From Thermoanaerobaculia bacterium (GTDB taxonomy: Bacteria > Acidobacteriota > Thermoanaerobaculia > Multivoradales > UBA5704): 64,000 nucleotides of DNA. Shown piece by piece: positions 1-8,789 of this stretch. The position numbers and the translations under genes were made by a program. The stretch lies in the NCBI GenBank assembly GCA_035264905.1, contig DATFPH010000199.1:3820-67819 (forward strand). Reading direction: 5' to 3'. The notes below the pieces were generated by a model that was given only the letters and a program-made list of their open reading frames with translations, was not told the origin of the DNA and searched no databases. The number at the start of each line of letters is the position of its first letter. The first letter of the stretch is position 1.

Positions 1-265
1 GATCGTCTTCCTCTTCCTTGTCCTCGTTGCACTCCCAGCCGTTGCCGGAGAGCAGGGGACCCGTCCTCCGAAGGAACAGGGGCTCCTCGTGTCCCTCTGG
101 CAGGCGGTCATGGACCTCAATCCGGGCCTGGCGCAACTCGGCCCCGGGCTCGATTCGCTCGGCGGTGACGATCCGGAACCCGCCCCTCAGGGGGACCTCG
201 GTCCAGGGCTCGACCCCGCCGGTTAAGACGGGCTCCGCCGCCCGGCATGTCGCCGGGCGGCGCAT
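1..265 (-). CDS. hypothetical protein, N-terminal part only (gene runs off the left edge)
   Basis: ATG at 265-263 is preceded by AGGA with a 6-nt spacer, and the frame stays open to position 1. The translation MRRPATCRAAEPVLTGGVEPWTEVPLRGGFRIVTAERIEPGAELRQARIEVHDRLPEGHEEPLFLRRTGPLLSGNGWECNEDKEEEDD is compositionally protein-like. The overlapping + frame (first ~105 codons of track ORF 18..1661) is R/S/P-rich shadow sequence. No family recognised. Confidence 0.35.
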   Translation of the reverse strand, partial: MRRPATCRAAEPVLTGGVEPWTEVPLRGGFRIVTAERIEPGAELRQARIEVHDRLPEGHEEPLFLRRTGPLLSGNGWECNEDKEEEDD

Positions 266-335
266 CTTTTTTCCTGGTCCAGGAGTCACGGGTACAAGCT
301 TCCGATGTATACTCCCGGAACCTTGGAGGACGTCC

Positions 336-1661
336 TTGTCCGATATCCACATCACTCCGGAGATCCTGGAGGCGGTAGAGAAGGGCGAGCTGCCGCCGCG
401 CGTCCTGGTCGAGCTCGGTTGGAACCACCTCCTGAACCTCTGTCCGACCTGCGAACGGGGGTTCCGGATATGGCAGGAACGGCGGCGTGCTCTTCCTGCA
501 GACTTCAACGCCGCCTTCCGGCTGCTGCCAGTCCTCACGGAGCGGCACGCGGCGGAGGTCGCGCGAGAGCGGGAAGCGGCCACGAAGGATCTTCGGGCGC
601 TTCTCGAGCTGACGCAGGAGGCTCGGCTTGCGAAGATCAGGCGGGCTGCCTCCCGCTTCCGGAGCCTTGCCCTCGCCAACCTCCTCCTTGCCGAAGCGAG
701 AAGCGCCATCCCGGCGAACCCGCAGCGGGTGTATGAGCTCGCGGAGGCAGCCGAGGCAGTGCTCCTCCGGACACCTCTTGCACCCGGATACTTCGACGCC
801 CTCGCCCGGGCCACGGCGTACCGGGCAAACGCCCTGCGGGCGACCGGTGAGATCAAGGAAGCGGAGGAGCGTTTCCTGCGGACCCGAAGCCTCATCCGGA
901 GCGAGGACGTGACGGACCTTCTCGTCTATGCCGAGGTCGATTGGCTCGAAGGAGTCCTGAGAAAGGACCAGCGCCGGTTCGGGGAGGCCGAAGCGCTCCT
1001 CATCCGTTCGGCGTCACTCTTCCAACTCGCCGGAGAGCGGATAGAAGCGACTCGGCCGCTCCTCACCCTTGGCCTCATGTATAGCGATCGGCAGGAGTTC
1101 TCTCGGGCGATCGAGACGACCGAGACGGCGCTCCGCGGTCTTCCCCCTGTAACCGATCACCGCCTCTACTGCTACGCCCGGCATAACCTCACCCTGTTCC
1201 TCTGCGAGGCGGGACGGTTCCGAGAGGCGGAAGCGTCGCTCGGCGAGCATCGGGACCTCTACCGAGACTGCGCCGACCGCTACACGCAGTCCCGGCTCGT
1301 CTGGGTTGAGGGGAAGATCGCCTTCGGCCTTGAGCGCCTGGACGAAGCCGAGCGCCTCTTGGACGCCGTCCGGCAGGACTTCATCGACCAGGGGAACGGC
1401 TACGACATGGCTATGGTGTCGCTCGACCTGGCGCTCGTCTACGCGAAGCAGAGGAGAGTGGCGGAGCTCAAGCAGCTCGCGGAGGAGATGCACGCGGTCT
1501 TCGAGAGCAAGGAGATCCACCGGGAGGCGCTTGCGGCTCTCCTCCTGTTTCAGCAGGCGGCCCGCGAGGAGCGGCTTACGGTCGAACGGGTCGAAGGCTT
1601 CATCCGGTACTTCAAGAGGGCACGGACGAACCCGGCGCTCCGGTACAAGGAGGAAGCCTGA
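336..1661 (+). CDS. TPR-like helical repeat protein (hypothetical)
   Basis: TTG at 336 is preceded by GGAGGA (325-330) with a 5-nt spacer. The N-terminus has a CPTC motif. The rest is A/L/E/R-rich helical repeats resembling TPR units (YRANALRATGEIKEAEERF, LGLMYSDRQEFSRAIETTETAL, LALVYAKQRRVAELKQLAEEM). The track ORF start at 18 is rejected as shadow of the minus-strand gene. Confidence 0.6.
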   Translation: MSDIHITPEILEAVEKGELPPRVLVELGWNHLLNLCPTCERGFRIWQERRRALPADFNAAFRLLPVLTERHAAEVAREREAATKDLRALLELTQEARLAKIRRAASRFRSLALANLLLAEARSAIPANPQRVYELAEAAEAVLLRTPLAPGYFDALARATAYRANALRATGEIKEAEERFLRTRSLIRSEDVTDLLVYAEVDWLEGVLRKDQRRFGEAEALLIRSASLFQLAGERIEATRPLLTLGLMYSDRQEFSRAIETTETALRGLPPVTDHRLYCYARHNLTLFLCEAGRFREAEASLGEHRDLYRDCADRYTQSRLVWVEGKIAFGLERLDEAERLLDAVRQDFIDQGNGYDMAMVSLDLALVYAKQRRVAELKQLAEEMHAVFESKEIHREALAALLLFQQAAREERLTVERVEGFIRYFKRARTNPALRYKEEA

Positions 1662-1675
1662 GTCGGGGGGCAACG

Positions 1676-1704
1676 AAAAAGCCTCACGAGTGTGACCGTG
1701 AGGC
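1676..1704 (-). terminator. intrinsic (rho-independent) terminator
   Basis: GCCTCACG (1681-1688), 8-nt loop, CGTGAGGC (1697-1704). On the minus strand the stem is followed by TTTTT (complement of the A-run 1676-1680). It lies downstream of the minus-strand small ORF and 20 nt past the stop of the + strand TPR gene. Confidence 0.6.
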
Positions 1705-1808
1705 TGCTGCTGGAAGGCAGAGGAGCGAACCGAGCCGCTCCCTGTCGAGGAGCTCATCTTCCGGTCTTCCGGGGTGCCAGGCACCCCGGGGACCTGTGTC
1801 GCCTTCAG

Positions 1809-1898
1809 TTACAGCAGGAACGGAAGAACGATACTCAGAACTGCAACGAGCAGCTCAAGGATGCGGATCGTAAGCTCGATCTTTTCCTGTCTTGTCAT
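1809..1898 (-). CDS. 29-aa small hydrophobic protein (single predicted TM helix)
   Basis: ATG 1898-1896 and TAA 1811-1809. GGAGGG (complement of 1905-1910) lies 6 nt upstream of the ATG. Peptide MTRQEKIELTIRILELLVAVLSIVLPFLL. An intrinsic terminator follows. Local G+C is clearly lower than in the flanks. The ORF is too short for the supplied track. Confidence 0.5.
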   Translation of the reverse strand: MTRQEKIELTIRILELLVAVLSIVLPFLL

Positions 1899-2367
1899 CG
1901 CTGACCCTCCAATGAGAAGGCATGTGAAGCGTCCGTGCTCCACATCCGATGACTTCCTCCCCGGGGGCAGGAGTGAAAGCGCGAAACCATGGGGTATTTG
2001 CCTAAAAAGGGGTCAGACCATTAAGGGGTGCGGAGCGCCGCCTCCGGCAGAAGTCGGAGCCTTTTAGAAAAATGTGTTCTGCCTAGAGCGGGGGAAGAGT
2101 AGTTCGTTACATCCCAACAACCCTCACTGCATCTCCTCTGGAGGACGCATTCCATGCGCTACGGACATGGATTAAGAGCGGCTACAAGAGAGAAACGGGC
2201 TGGAAAGCGACTTCGACTTGGACGGGTCGGCTTCTATGCCCCAGGGTGTGGTGGTGATGGTTCGGGCTAACATGCCCTATATCAGTCGGAAAACGAGACG
2301 CGAATCTTTCACTCGACCCCAAACTTTTTTCAGGAATTTTCCCGAACCCCCTCTCCGAGCCTCCCAG

Positions 2368-3552
2368 ATGAAGGTCCTGATCGTGGCCACGAAGGCTCCC
2401 TGGCCCCCGGTGGACGGCGGGCGGTTCCTGCTCCGCAATACGCTGGAGGCCCTGACGGCCGCCGGCCACCGGCCGGTGCTGGTGGCGCCGGTCGATCCCG
2501 CGCGCTTCGATCTCGCGTCGGTGGCGGCGGAGCTCGCGGGGTGCTGCGAGCCTCGGCTGGTGCCGGCGGCGCCGGGCCACCCTTTGCCGTCGGCTTTGCG
2601 GTCCTGGGCCTCCGGGATGCCCCTGTCGGTGGCGCGCCATGCGCTGCCCGCCGTGCGGCGGGAGGTGGAGCGGTGTCTTGCGGGGGTGGCGGCGGAGCGG
2701 TTCGACGTCGTGCACGCCGAGCAGCTCCAGGCTCTCCCGCAGACGGCTCCGGCACGGTCCCGCGGTGTCCCCGTGGTGCTGCGCGCCCAGAACGTGGAGA
2801 GCGACCTCTGGGCGGAGGCGGCGCGGCGGAGCCAGGGCTGGCGGGGGAGGGTTCTCACCGTCGAGGCGCGGCGGCTGGCGCGGTGGGAGGGGGAGGCGGT
2901 GCGGCGGGCCGCGGCGGTTCTGCCGTTGACGGCGGAGGACGCGGCACGGCTCCGCTCGTTGGCGGATGGCCGGGGGAATCTCCGCGTGGTCCGCGCCGCG
3001 TTTCCGGAGCTGCCGGCCGTGGCCGTCCCGCCGCTGTCCGGCGATCCCGCGGTGGTGGTCCTGGGGAGTCAGGGGTGGCTGCCCAATGAAGATTCCGTGG
3101 CCTGGTTCCTGGCCGAGGTCTGGCCGTTGACGATGGCCGCGCTCCCCGGAGCGGTCCTTCATCTCTTTGGCGCCGCGCCTCCCGGGCCGCTCCTGGCCGG
3201 GGTGGAGATTCATCCGCCGCCGCGGGAGAGCGCGGAGGCGTTCGCTCCGGGTTCCATCCTGGCGGTGCCGCTGCGCTTTGGCTCGGGGGTGCGGATCAAG
3301 GTGCTGGAGGCCTGGGCGCGCGGCGTGCCGGTGGTAGGGACTCCCGCGGCGCTCGCCGGCCTGGAGGTCGAGGACGGGCGCGAGGCGCTGGTGGCCGGCG
3401 ATCCGCCCGCTTTCGCCGCGGCGCTCGGCCGCCTGGCGCGCGAGCCGGGCCTCGCCGCCCGTCTGGCGGAGGAGGGGCGGCGCGCCCGGCGCGAGCGGCA
3501 CGAGCCGGCGCGGATCGCGGCGGATCTGCTGTCGGCCTACGAGGGCCTCTAG
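2368..3552 (+). CDS. glycosyltransferase family 4 (GT-B, GT1-type)
   Basis: Starts MKVLIVATKAPWPPVDGGR, the typical GT4 N-terminus. The C-terminal half has the GT-B nucleotide-sugar region (GSGVRIKVLEAWARGVPVVGT). The ATG at 2368 was chosen over the upstream track start at 2218. Confidence 0.8.
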   Translation: MKVLIVATKAPWPPVDGGRFLLRNTLEALTAAGHRPVLVAPVDPARFDLASVAAELAGCCEPRLVPAAPGHPLPSALRSWASGMPLSVARHALPAVRREVERCLAGVAAERFDVVHAEQLQALPQTAPARSRGVPVVLRAQNVESDLWAEAARRSQGWRGRVLTVEARRLARWEGEAVRRAAAVLPLTAEDAARLRSLADGRGNLRVVRAAFPELPAVAVPPLSGDPAVVVLGSQGWLPNEDSVAWFLAEVWPLTMAALPGAVLHLFGAAPPGPLLAGVEIHPPPRESAEAFAPGSILAVPLRFGSGVRIKVLEAWARGVPVVGTPAALAGLEVEDGREALVAGDPPAFAAALGRLAREPGLAARLAEEGRRARRERHEPARIAADLLSAYEGL

Positions 3553-3559
3553 CCCTCCT

Positions 3560-4342
3560 CTAGCCCAGGTGCAGCTGACCCGCAGCGCGCTGGCCGGGCT
3601 CGGTCCCGGCGTGGGAGTAGAGATCGAGGACCTGCCGGGTGGGACCGTCGGCGCGCAGGCGGCCGGCGTCGAGCCAGATGCAGCGGTCGCAGTTGTCCTG
3701 GACCGCTTTGGGGATGTGGGAAACCATGAGGACCGTGGTGCCCGCGGCGTGGAAATCCTTCAGCCGCAGCACACACTTTTCGGTGAATGCCGAGTCGCCC
3801 ACCGCCAGCACCTCGTCGAGGATGAGGATGTCCGGCACCCAGGCGGTGGCGATGGAGAAGCCGAGCCGCGCCTGCATGCCCGAGGAGTAGTTGCGGATCG
3901 GCGTCCGGATGAAGTCGCCCAGGCCGCTGAACTCCACGATCCCCTCGATCCGCTCGTCGATCTCCCGGCGGGTGCGGCCGAGGAGGAGCGCGTTCAGATA
4001 GATGTTCTCGAGGCCGGTCAGCTCGTGATCGAACCCGGTCCCGAGCTCCAGGATCGGCGACAGACGGCCGCGGATCTCGGCGGTCCCCCGGCTCGGCTTG
4101 AGCACGCGGGAGATCACCTTGAGGAGAGTGCTCTTGCCCGCGCCGTTCCTGCCGACGATGCCGACCCGTTCCCCCTGCCCGATGGTGAGGGAGACGTCCC
4201 GGAGAGCCCAGAGCTGCTCGTAGGAGAGGGCCCCGCGCATCCAGTGGATCGCGTACTCCTTGAGCGATGGAATCCTCTGCTTGGCCAGCCGGTAGCTGAG
4301 GGACACGCCCTCCAGGCGCACGCGGAGCTCGGGCTCGGTCAT
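3560..4342 (-). CDS. wzt: polysaccharide ABC transporter ATP-binding protein (Wzt/TagH/KpsT type)
   Basis: Walker A GRNGAGKST, signature-like YSSGMQARLGFS and Walker B ILILDE. At 260 aa it has no C-terminal glycan-binding extension. It lies immediately downstream of the ABC-2 permease. Confidence 0.9.
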   Translation of the reverse strand: MTEPELRVRLEGVSLSYRLAKQRIPSLKEYAIHWMRGALSYEQLWALRDVSLTIGQGERVGIVGRNGAGKSTLLKVISRVLKPSRGTAEIRGRLSPILELGTGFDHELTGLENIYLNALLLGRTRREIDERIEGIVEFSGLGDFIRTPIRNYSSGMQARLGFSIATAWVPDILILDEVLAVGDSAFTEKCVLRLKDFHAAGTTVLMVSHIPKAVQDNCDRCIWLDAGRLRADGPTRQVLDLYSHAGTEPGQRAAGQLHLG

Positions 4343-4345
4343 GGG

Positions 4346-5119
4346 TCAAATATAGAACGGGATGCGGTCGCTGCTGCGGCGGAAGACCCAGGCGCCGACG
4401 GCCAGGAGGATCAGCGTGATCCCGATCGAGACGCTCAGATGCGAGAGCGGCGGGATCTCCCCCTGGTAGATCGGATCGCGGAAGACCTCCAGGATCGACC
4501 GGACCGGGTTGAAGCGCACCACCCAGCGGAGCTTCTCGGGCACGATGTCCTTCGGGTAGATGACAGGCGTCAGATAGAACATGAGGGTGAGCAGCACGCC
4601 GATCAGCTCCACCACGTCGCTGAAGAACACGGCCAGAGGAGAGAGGAGCAGGCCCGCGCCCAGCGTGAACAGCGCGGCGATGAGGATGGCGACCGGCAGG
4701 AACAGGAGCGCCGGCCGCAGCGGATAGCCGCTGACGATCAGGAGCACGAGGAGAGGCAGCAGCGCGAAAAGCAGGTTGACCAGCCCCGACAGCACGGTCG
4801 CCAGGGGGAAGACCGCTTTGGGGACGGGCAGCTTCTGGAGGAGCTGCGCATTGCCGCGCAGGCTGTTCATCGAGGCTACGATGCTCTGGCTGAAGAAGTT
4901 CCAGAAGAGGATTCCCGCCAGGGCGTAGATCTCGTAGTTCGTCGGCACCTCCGCGCTCTTGGCCTGGAAGAGCGTGCTGAAGACGGTCCGCAGGACGAGC
5001 ATCATCAGCAGCGGCTGCAGCATGGTCCAGAGGAAGCCGATGGCGGACCGGCGATAGCGCACCTTGAGATCGCGGGACACCAGAGCGCCCACCAGATCGC
5101 GGTAACGGAGAAGCTCCAT
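4346..5119 (-). CDS. wzm: polysaccharide ABC-2 type transporter permease (Wzm/TagG type)
   Basis: N-terminus MELLRYRDLVGALVSRDLKVRYRRSAIGFLWTMLQPLL is the classic ABC-2 (Wzm/KpsM) motif, and the rest is polytopic hydrophobic sequence. The ATG at 5119 was chosen over the track start at 5176. Confidence 0.88.
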   Translation of the reverse strand: MELLRYRDLVGALVSRDLKVRYRRSAIGFLWTMLQPLLMMLVLRTVFSTLFQAKSAEVPTNYEIYALAGILFWNFFSQSIVASMNSLRGNAQLLQKLPVPKAVFPLATVLSGLVNLLFALLPLLVLLIVSGYPLRPALLFLPVAILIAALFTLGAGLLLSPLAVFFSDVVELIGVLLTLMFYLTPVIYPKDIVPEKLRWVVRFNPVRSILEVFRDPIYQGEIPPLSHLSVSIGITLILLAVGAWVFRRSSDRIPFYI

Positions 5120-5352
5120 GGCGTTGCTTTGTATACCGGGCGCCTCGCCTTGGCAAGTTTTACCGCGTCCGTACATTCCTGCGCAGGGGGACTGGAGGTC
5201 TGGCCGAGAGGGGCACGGACCTGGTCCGCTTTTTGCTTGATCGCCCCGCCAGTGGTAGTCGTACGCAGGAATGACTGTCCAATGAATTCATCTTTGGGGT
5301 CCGCAAAAGTCTCGTACCGACCTGAATCATCAACGTGAGGAGACTCAAGACA

Positions 5353-6588
5353 ATGAAGCTACGCAAGCGATCAGCGATCCCCCTGTGCATCATGGCCGCC
5401 GCCTTTGTGTTCGCCGCGGTCCGGCCCGTTCTGGCGGCGCCAAGCGCGGAGGCACGGGCGGCGCAGCGAGAGGAGGCCTTGCAGCAGATCGTTCGTCAGC
5501 TGGAGGAGAATTCCGTCCGTCCGGTCGAGAAGAGGGCGGTGGAGAGGGATGCGAAGCGCCTGCTCGGGCAGCTCACCGCCGAGCAGATCGAGGCGCTCGC
5601 GGGAGGCGAGGATCTCGATCAGGTGAGGACCACGGCGCAGCCGGAGCGTGCGGTGGCCGGAGACGGCGGGCTCCAGGTGGTGACCGCGCCCGTCGTCGGT
5701 GACGCCACGTCGGATCTCCTCTTCGTGCCCGTGCCGCCCTGCCGCGTGATCGACACCCGGATCGCGGGAGGCATGCTCTCCCCGGGCGTGGTGCGCGACT
5801 TCGAGATCGCCGGTACGGCGAATTTCGAGAGCCAGGGCGGCAAGAGCGGTGGCTGCGGCATTCCGCTGGGAGCCTCGTCGCCTCAGGCCGCGGCGGTGAT
5901 GATCAACTTCGTCGCGATCAGCCCGCAGGGCTCGGGCAACCTGCGGGCCTGGGAGTTCGGGCAATCCGTGCCGCTGGCCAGCGTGATCAACTACGACAAG
6001 CTGTCCCAGTTCTTCAACATTGCCAACGGCGTCATCGTGCCGATCGCCGGTGTGAGCACCAAGGACAAGGATCTCTCCATCCGCGCCGACTTCAACGGCA
6101 CGCAGCTGGTGGGCGACGTGACCGGTTACTTCACCCGCTTCCCGGTGGAGAGCTTCCAGGGCGGTCTCAAGTCCAGCGTGCAGACCCAGGACTTCACGAC
6201 CCTGATCAACCTGGGAGACGGCGCCTGCCACGAGCTCAACTCCTGCACCGTGGACACGGACGTTCCGGGAACGGTGGTCGTGGAGGCGTGGGGACAGTTC
6301 GTCATGGAGCACGTGGGCGGCACCCTCGACCGGGTGGCGGTCGGCGTGGAAACGGCCGCGACGGTTTCCTGTCTCGACCCGGATTCGGTCCAGTCCTCCG
6401 ACTGGGAGGTCCCGGCCTCTCTGGGGAGCAATCCGGACGTGGACTTCACCATCAGCCACGGAACCGCCTTTACGCAACCCGGAGGGACGACCCGTACCTA
6501 CCGGTTGAGCGGCAAGGTCTGGTCCGGCGCGAGCACCTTCGACAAGATCGAAAACTCGCGTCTCATCTGCACGTTCATTCCCGATTGA
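5353..6588 (+). CDS. secreted protein of unknown function, paralog A (PCRxxDTR...GYF domain)
   Basis: ATG 5353 with GAGGAG ~10 nt upstream. Signal peptide MKLRKRSAIPLCIMAAAFVFAAVRPVLA. Helical N-region, central domain PPCRVIDTR...GDVTGYF, and a Cys-containing C-terminal domain ending ICTFIPD. It shares long identical runs with the next gene (AAAVMINFVAI, GSGNLRAW, GQSVPLAS, FFNIANG, IVPIAG). Confidence 0.75.
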   Translation: MKLRKRSAIPLCIMAAAFVFAAVRPVLAAPSAEARAAQREEALQQIVRQLEENSVRPVEKRAVERDAKRLLGQLTAEQIEALAGGEDLDQVRTTAQPERAVAGDGGLQVVTAPVVGDATSDLLFVPVPPCRVIDTRIAGGMLSPGVVRDFEIAGTANFESQGGKSGGCGIPLGASSPQAAAVMINFVAISPQGSGNLRAWEFGQSVPLASVINYDKLSQFFNIANGVIVPIAGVSTKDKDLSIRADFNGTQLVGDVTGYFTRFPVESFQGGLKSSVQTQDFTTLINLGDGACHELNSCTVDTDVPGTVVVEAWGQFVMEHVGGTLDRVAVGVETAATVSCLDPDSVQSSDWEVPASLGSNPDVDFTISHGTAFTQPGGTTRTYRLSGKVWSGASTFDKIENSRLICTFIPD

Positions 6589-6617
6589 TGGAACCCCGGA
6601 GCGAAAAGGAGCCGACC

Positions 6618-7826
6618 ATGAGACAGAGCTTTATGAGAGTGGTCGCCGCGCTGGGGGTCCTTCTGACCATCTCGGCGGGCGCAGTCAGGGCCCAGGCAGC
6701 GGAGCCGGTGTCCGTCGATGCGGCGGAGCGTCCCGCCCTTCGCACCCTCGCCGAGACCAGGATCCGGGAGACGGTGGAGAAACAGGTCGTGCGGCCGACC
6801 GACCCGGCAGTCCTGGCGGACGAGGCACGGCGCATTGCGCAGCGCCTTTCGGACGAGCAGCTCCGCGCTCTCGCCGACGGCGAGGAGGTCCAGGCGACGG
6901 TCGCGCCGAGCCTGGTCACCGCAGCCTCGCTGGGCTCCGCGACCTCGGATCTGTTGTTCGTTCCGCTCCCGCCCTGCCGCATCATCGATACCCGCAAGAC
7001 CAGCGCGGGCAAGCTGCAGCCGGGGGTGGTCCGCGACTTCCAGGTCTCGGGCGTCACCGAGTTCGATCCCCAGGGGGGCAACCTCGGCGGCTGCGGCGTG
7101 CCGCCGGGTGGCGCGGAGCCGGTCGCTGCCGCGGTGATGATCAACTTCGTGGCCATCCAGGCCGAGGGATCAGGGAACCTGCGCGCCTGGCCCTACGGCC
7201 AGTCGGTCCCTCTGGCCAGCATCATCAACTACGACAACCTGGCCCCCTTCTTCAATATCGCCAATGGCCTGATCGTGCCGATCGCAGGCACCAACGCCGT
7301 CCCCGCCGATCTGTCGGTCCGCGCGGATTTCAACGCGACGCACCTGGTGGCCGACGTGACCGGCTATTTCACCCGTTTCCCCATCGAGCAGTTCCAGGCC
7401 ACCCAGAAGACGATCACAGAAGTGGTCAACGGCGGCATGGTCAACCTGTCGTCCGGGGCCTGCACGGAGGTGAGCTCCTGCACGATGGTCGCGGCTGCGA
7501 CGGGCAAGGTGATCGTCCGGGCCTGGGCACAGATCCAACTCGACCACGGCACCAACGTGGGCGGGGACCGGATCGCCGTGGGCGTGAAGAACGCCGACCC
7601 CACCAACTGCACCAACAACGACCAGTCGATCAACGCCACGGACTACGAGGTCCCCGATTCGCTGCCCGCGGAGAACGACATCGACTGGACGCTCTCGCAC
7701 AAGCGGATCTTCACCCAAAACAAGGGGACGAGGACCTACTACATCAACGCCCGCATGATCACCGGAGCGAGCGCCGGGGATACGATCCAGTCGACCCGGA
7801 TGATCTGCACGTTCATTCCTGATTGA
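6618..7826 (+). CDS. secreted protein of unknown function, paralog B (PCRxxDTR...GYF domain)
   Basis: ATG 6618 preceded by AAAAGGAG. Signal peptide MRQSFMRVVAALGVLLTISAGAVRAQA. Same three-part architecture as paralog A, also ending ICTFIPD. Confidence 0.75.
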   Translation: MRQSFMRVVAALGVLLTISAGAVRAQAAEPVSVDAAERPALRTLAETRIRETVEKQVVRPTDPAVLADEARRIAQRLSDEQLRALADGEEVQATVAPSLVTAASLGSATSDLLFVPLPPCRIIDTRKTSAGKLQPGVVRDFQVSGVTEFDPQGGNLGGCGVPPGGAEPVAAAVMINFVAIQAEGSGNLRAWPYGQSVPLASIINYDNLAPFFNIANGLIVPIAGTNAVPADLSVRADFNATHLVADVTGYFTRFPIEQFQATQKTITEVVNGGMVNLSSGACTEVSSCTMVAAATGKVIVRAWAQIQLDHGTNVGGDRIAVGVKNADPTNCTNNDQSINATDYEVPDSLPAENDIDWTLSHKRIFTQNKGTRTYYINARMITGASAGDTIQSTRMICTFIPD

Positions 7827-8736
7827 GAGCGCTGATGGCGCGGCGGAGGGCTTCGCTCTCCGCCCGCCAGGCCGCCCGCCGTTCATCCGGCACGAACGGC
7901 GTGGCCGCGGCCCGGCCGAGCCGGCGCAGGGCCGCGCCGGTCCGCAGAGCGAGGGCGGCCCGCCGTGCGAAGCCGGCTCCGCGAGACTTCCGCGCCCAGC
8001 GCAACAGGTCGGTCCACAGAAGCTCCACGTTGGATCTGCTCCCGATGGTGGCGCCGTGATGGTGGAGGACCCGGAGCTCGGGGAGGATCTCGACCTTCCA
8101 GCCGGTGTCGCGCAGGCGCAGACAGAGGTCCAGGTCCTGCCCGTAGAAGCGGAACCCCTCGTCGAACCCTCCGGACTCCTCCCAGGCCTGCCGCCGCAGC
8201 GCCAGAGCCGCGCCGGTCACCCAGTCGACCTCGCCGGCCGGCGCTCCCACCGGCTTGACCCGGCGCCAGAAGGGGAGGCGCGCCAGGAGCGGCGGCAGGC
8301 CGCTCGCCAGGCCGAAGAGCCAGAGGACGGTCGGCGCGCCGCCGCCGCTCCACTGCGGGCTGCCGTCCGGGTAGTGGAGGGCGGCGCCGGCCGCACCCAG
8401 CCGCGGATCGCGCGCGAAGGCCGCGAGCAGGGGAGCGAAAGAGCCCGGCGCCACCTCGGTGTCGCTGTTGAGCAGAAGGAGGATGTCGCCGCCGGCCTCT
8501 GCCAGGCCGAGGTTGGCGGCCCGGGTGAAGCCCACGGCAGGGGAGCGCCGCACGACCCGGACGCGCGGATGGGCGGCGGCGAGGGCCTCGGCCGTGCCGT
8601 CGGAGCTTCCGTCATCCACGGCCACGATCTCGACGCCGTCCATCCCTTCCGCTACCAGGGTCTCGATGCAGCGCAGGGTCAGGTCCCGCGTGTCGTGCGT
8701 CGGGACGACGACGGAAAGCCGTCCGGGAGAGGTCAT
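7813..8736 (-). CDS. glycosyltransferase family 2
   Basis: LSVVVPTHD...VAVDDGSSDGT...LLLNSDTEV are GT-A/GT2 DxD-type motifs. Its 3' end overlaps the convergent paralog B gene by 14 nt. Confidence 0.85.
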   Translation of the reverse strand: MTSPGRLSVVVPTHDTRDLTLRCIETLVAEGMDGVEIVAVDDGSSDGTAEALAAAHPRVRVVRRSPAVGFTRAANLGLAEAGGDILLLLNSDTEVAPGSFAPLLAAFARDPRLGAAGAALHYPDGSPQWSGGGAPTVLWLFGLASGLPPLLARLPFWRRVKPVGAPAGEVDWVTGAALALRRQAWEESGGFDEGFRFYGQDLDLCLRLRDTGWKVEILPELRVLHHHGATIGSRSNVELLWTDLLRWARKSRGAGFARRAALALRTGAALRRLGRAAATPFVPDERRAAWRAESEALRRAISALNQE

Positions 8737-8789
8737 GGGCGTCGTAGTAGAATCGCAGGCCGCTCGCGGGAGCGTTGCCGGAGCGTACC

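Noticed and set aside
18-335. N-terminal 106 codons of track ORF 18..1661.
   Set aside because: The sequence is R/S/P/G-rich with no protein-like pattern. It is the third-position-matched shadow of a more plausible minus-strand gene (1..265). A TTG at 336 with a strong GGAGGA SD gives a clean start.
1899-2367. The 470-nt lower-G+C intergenic region upstream of the first GT gene, examined for a riboswitch, tRNA or sRNA.
   Set aside because: I could not recognise any conserved riboswitch core, tRNA cloverleaf or convincing terminator or anti-terminator pair by eye. It is probably just a promoter/5' UTR region. A covariance-model scan would be needed to say more.
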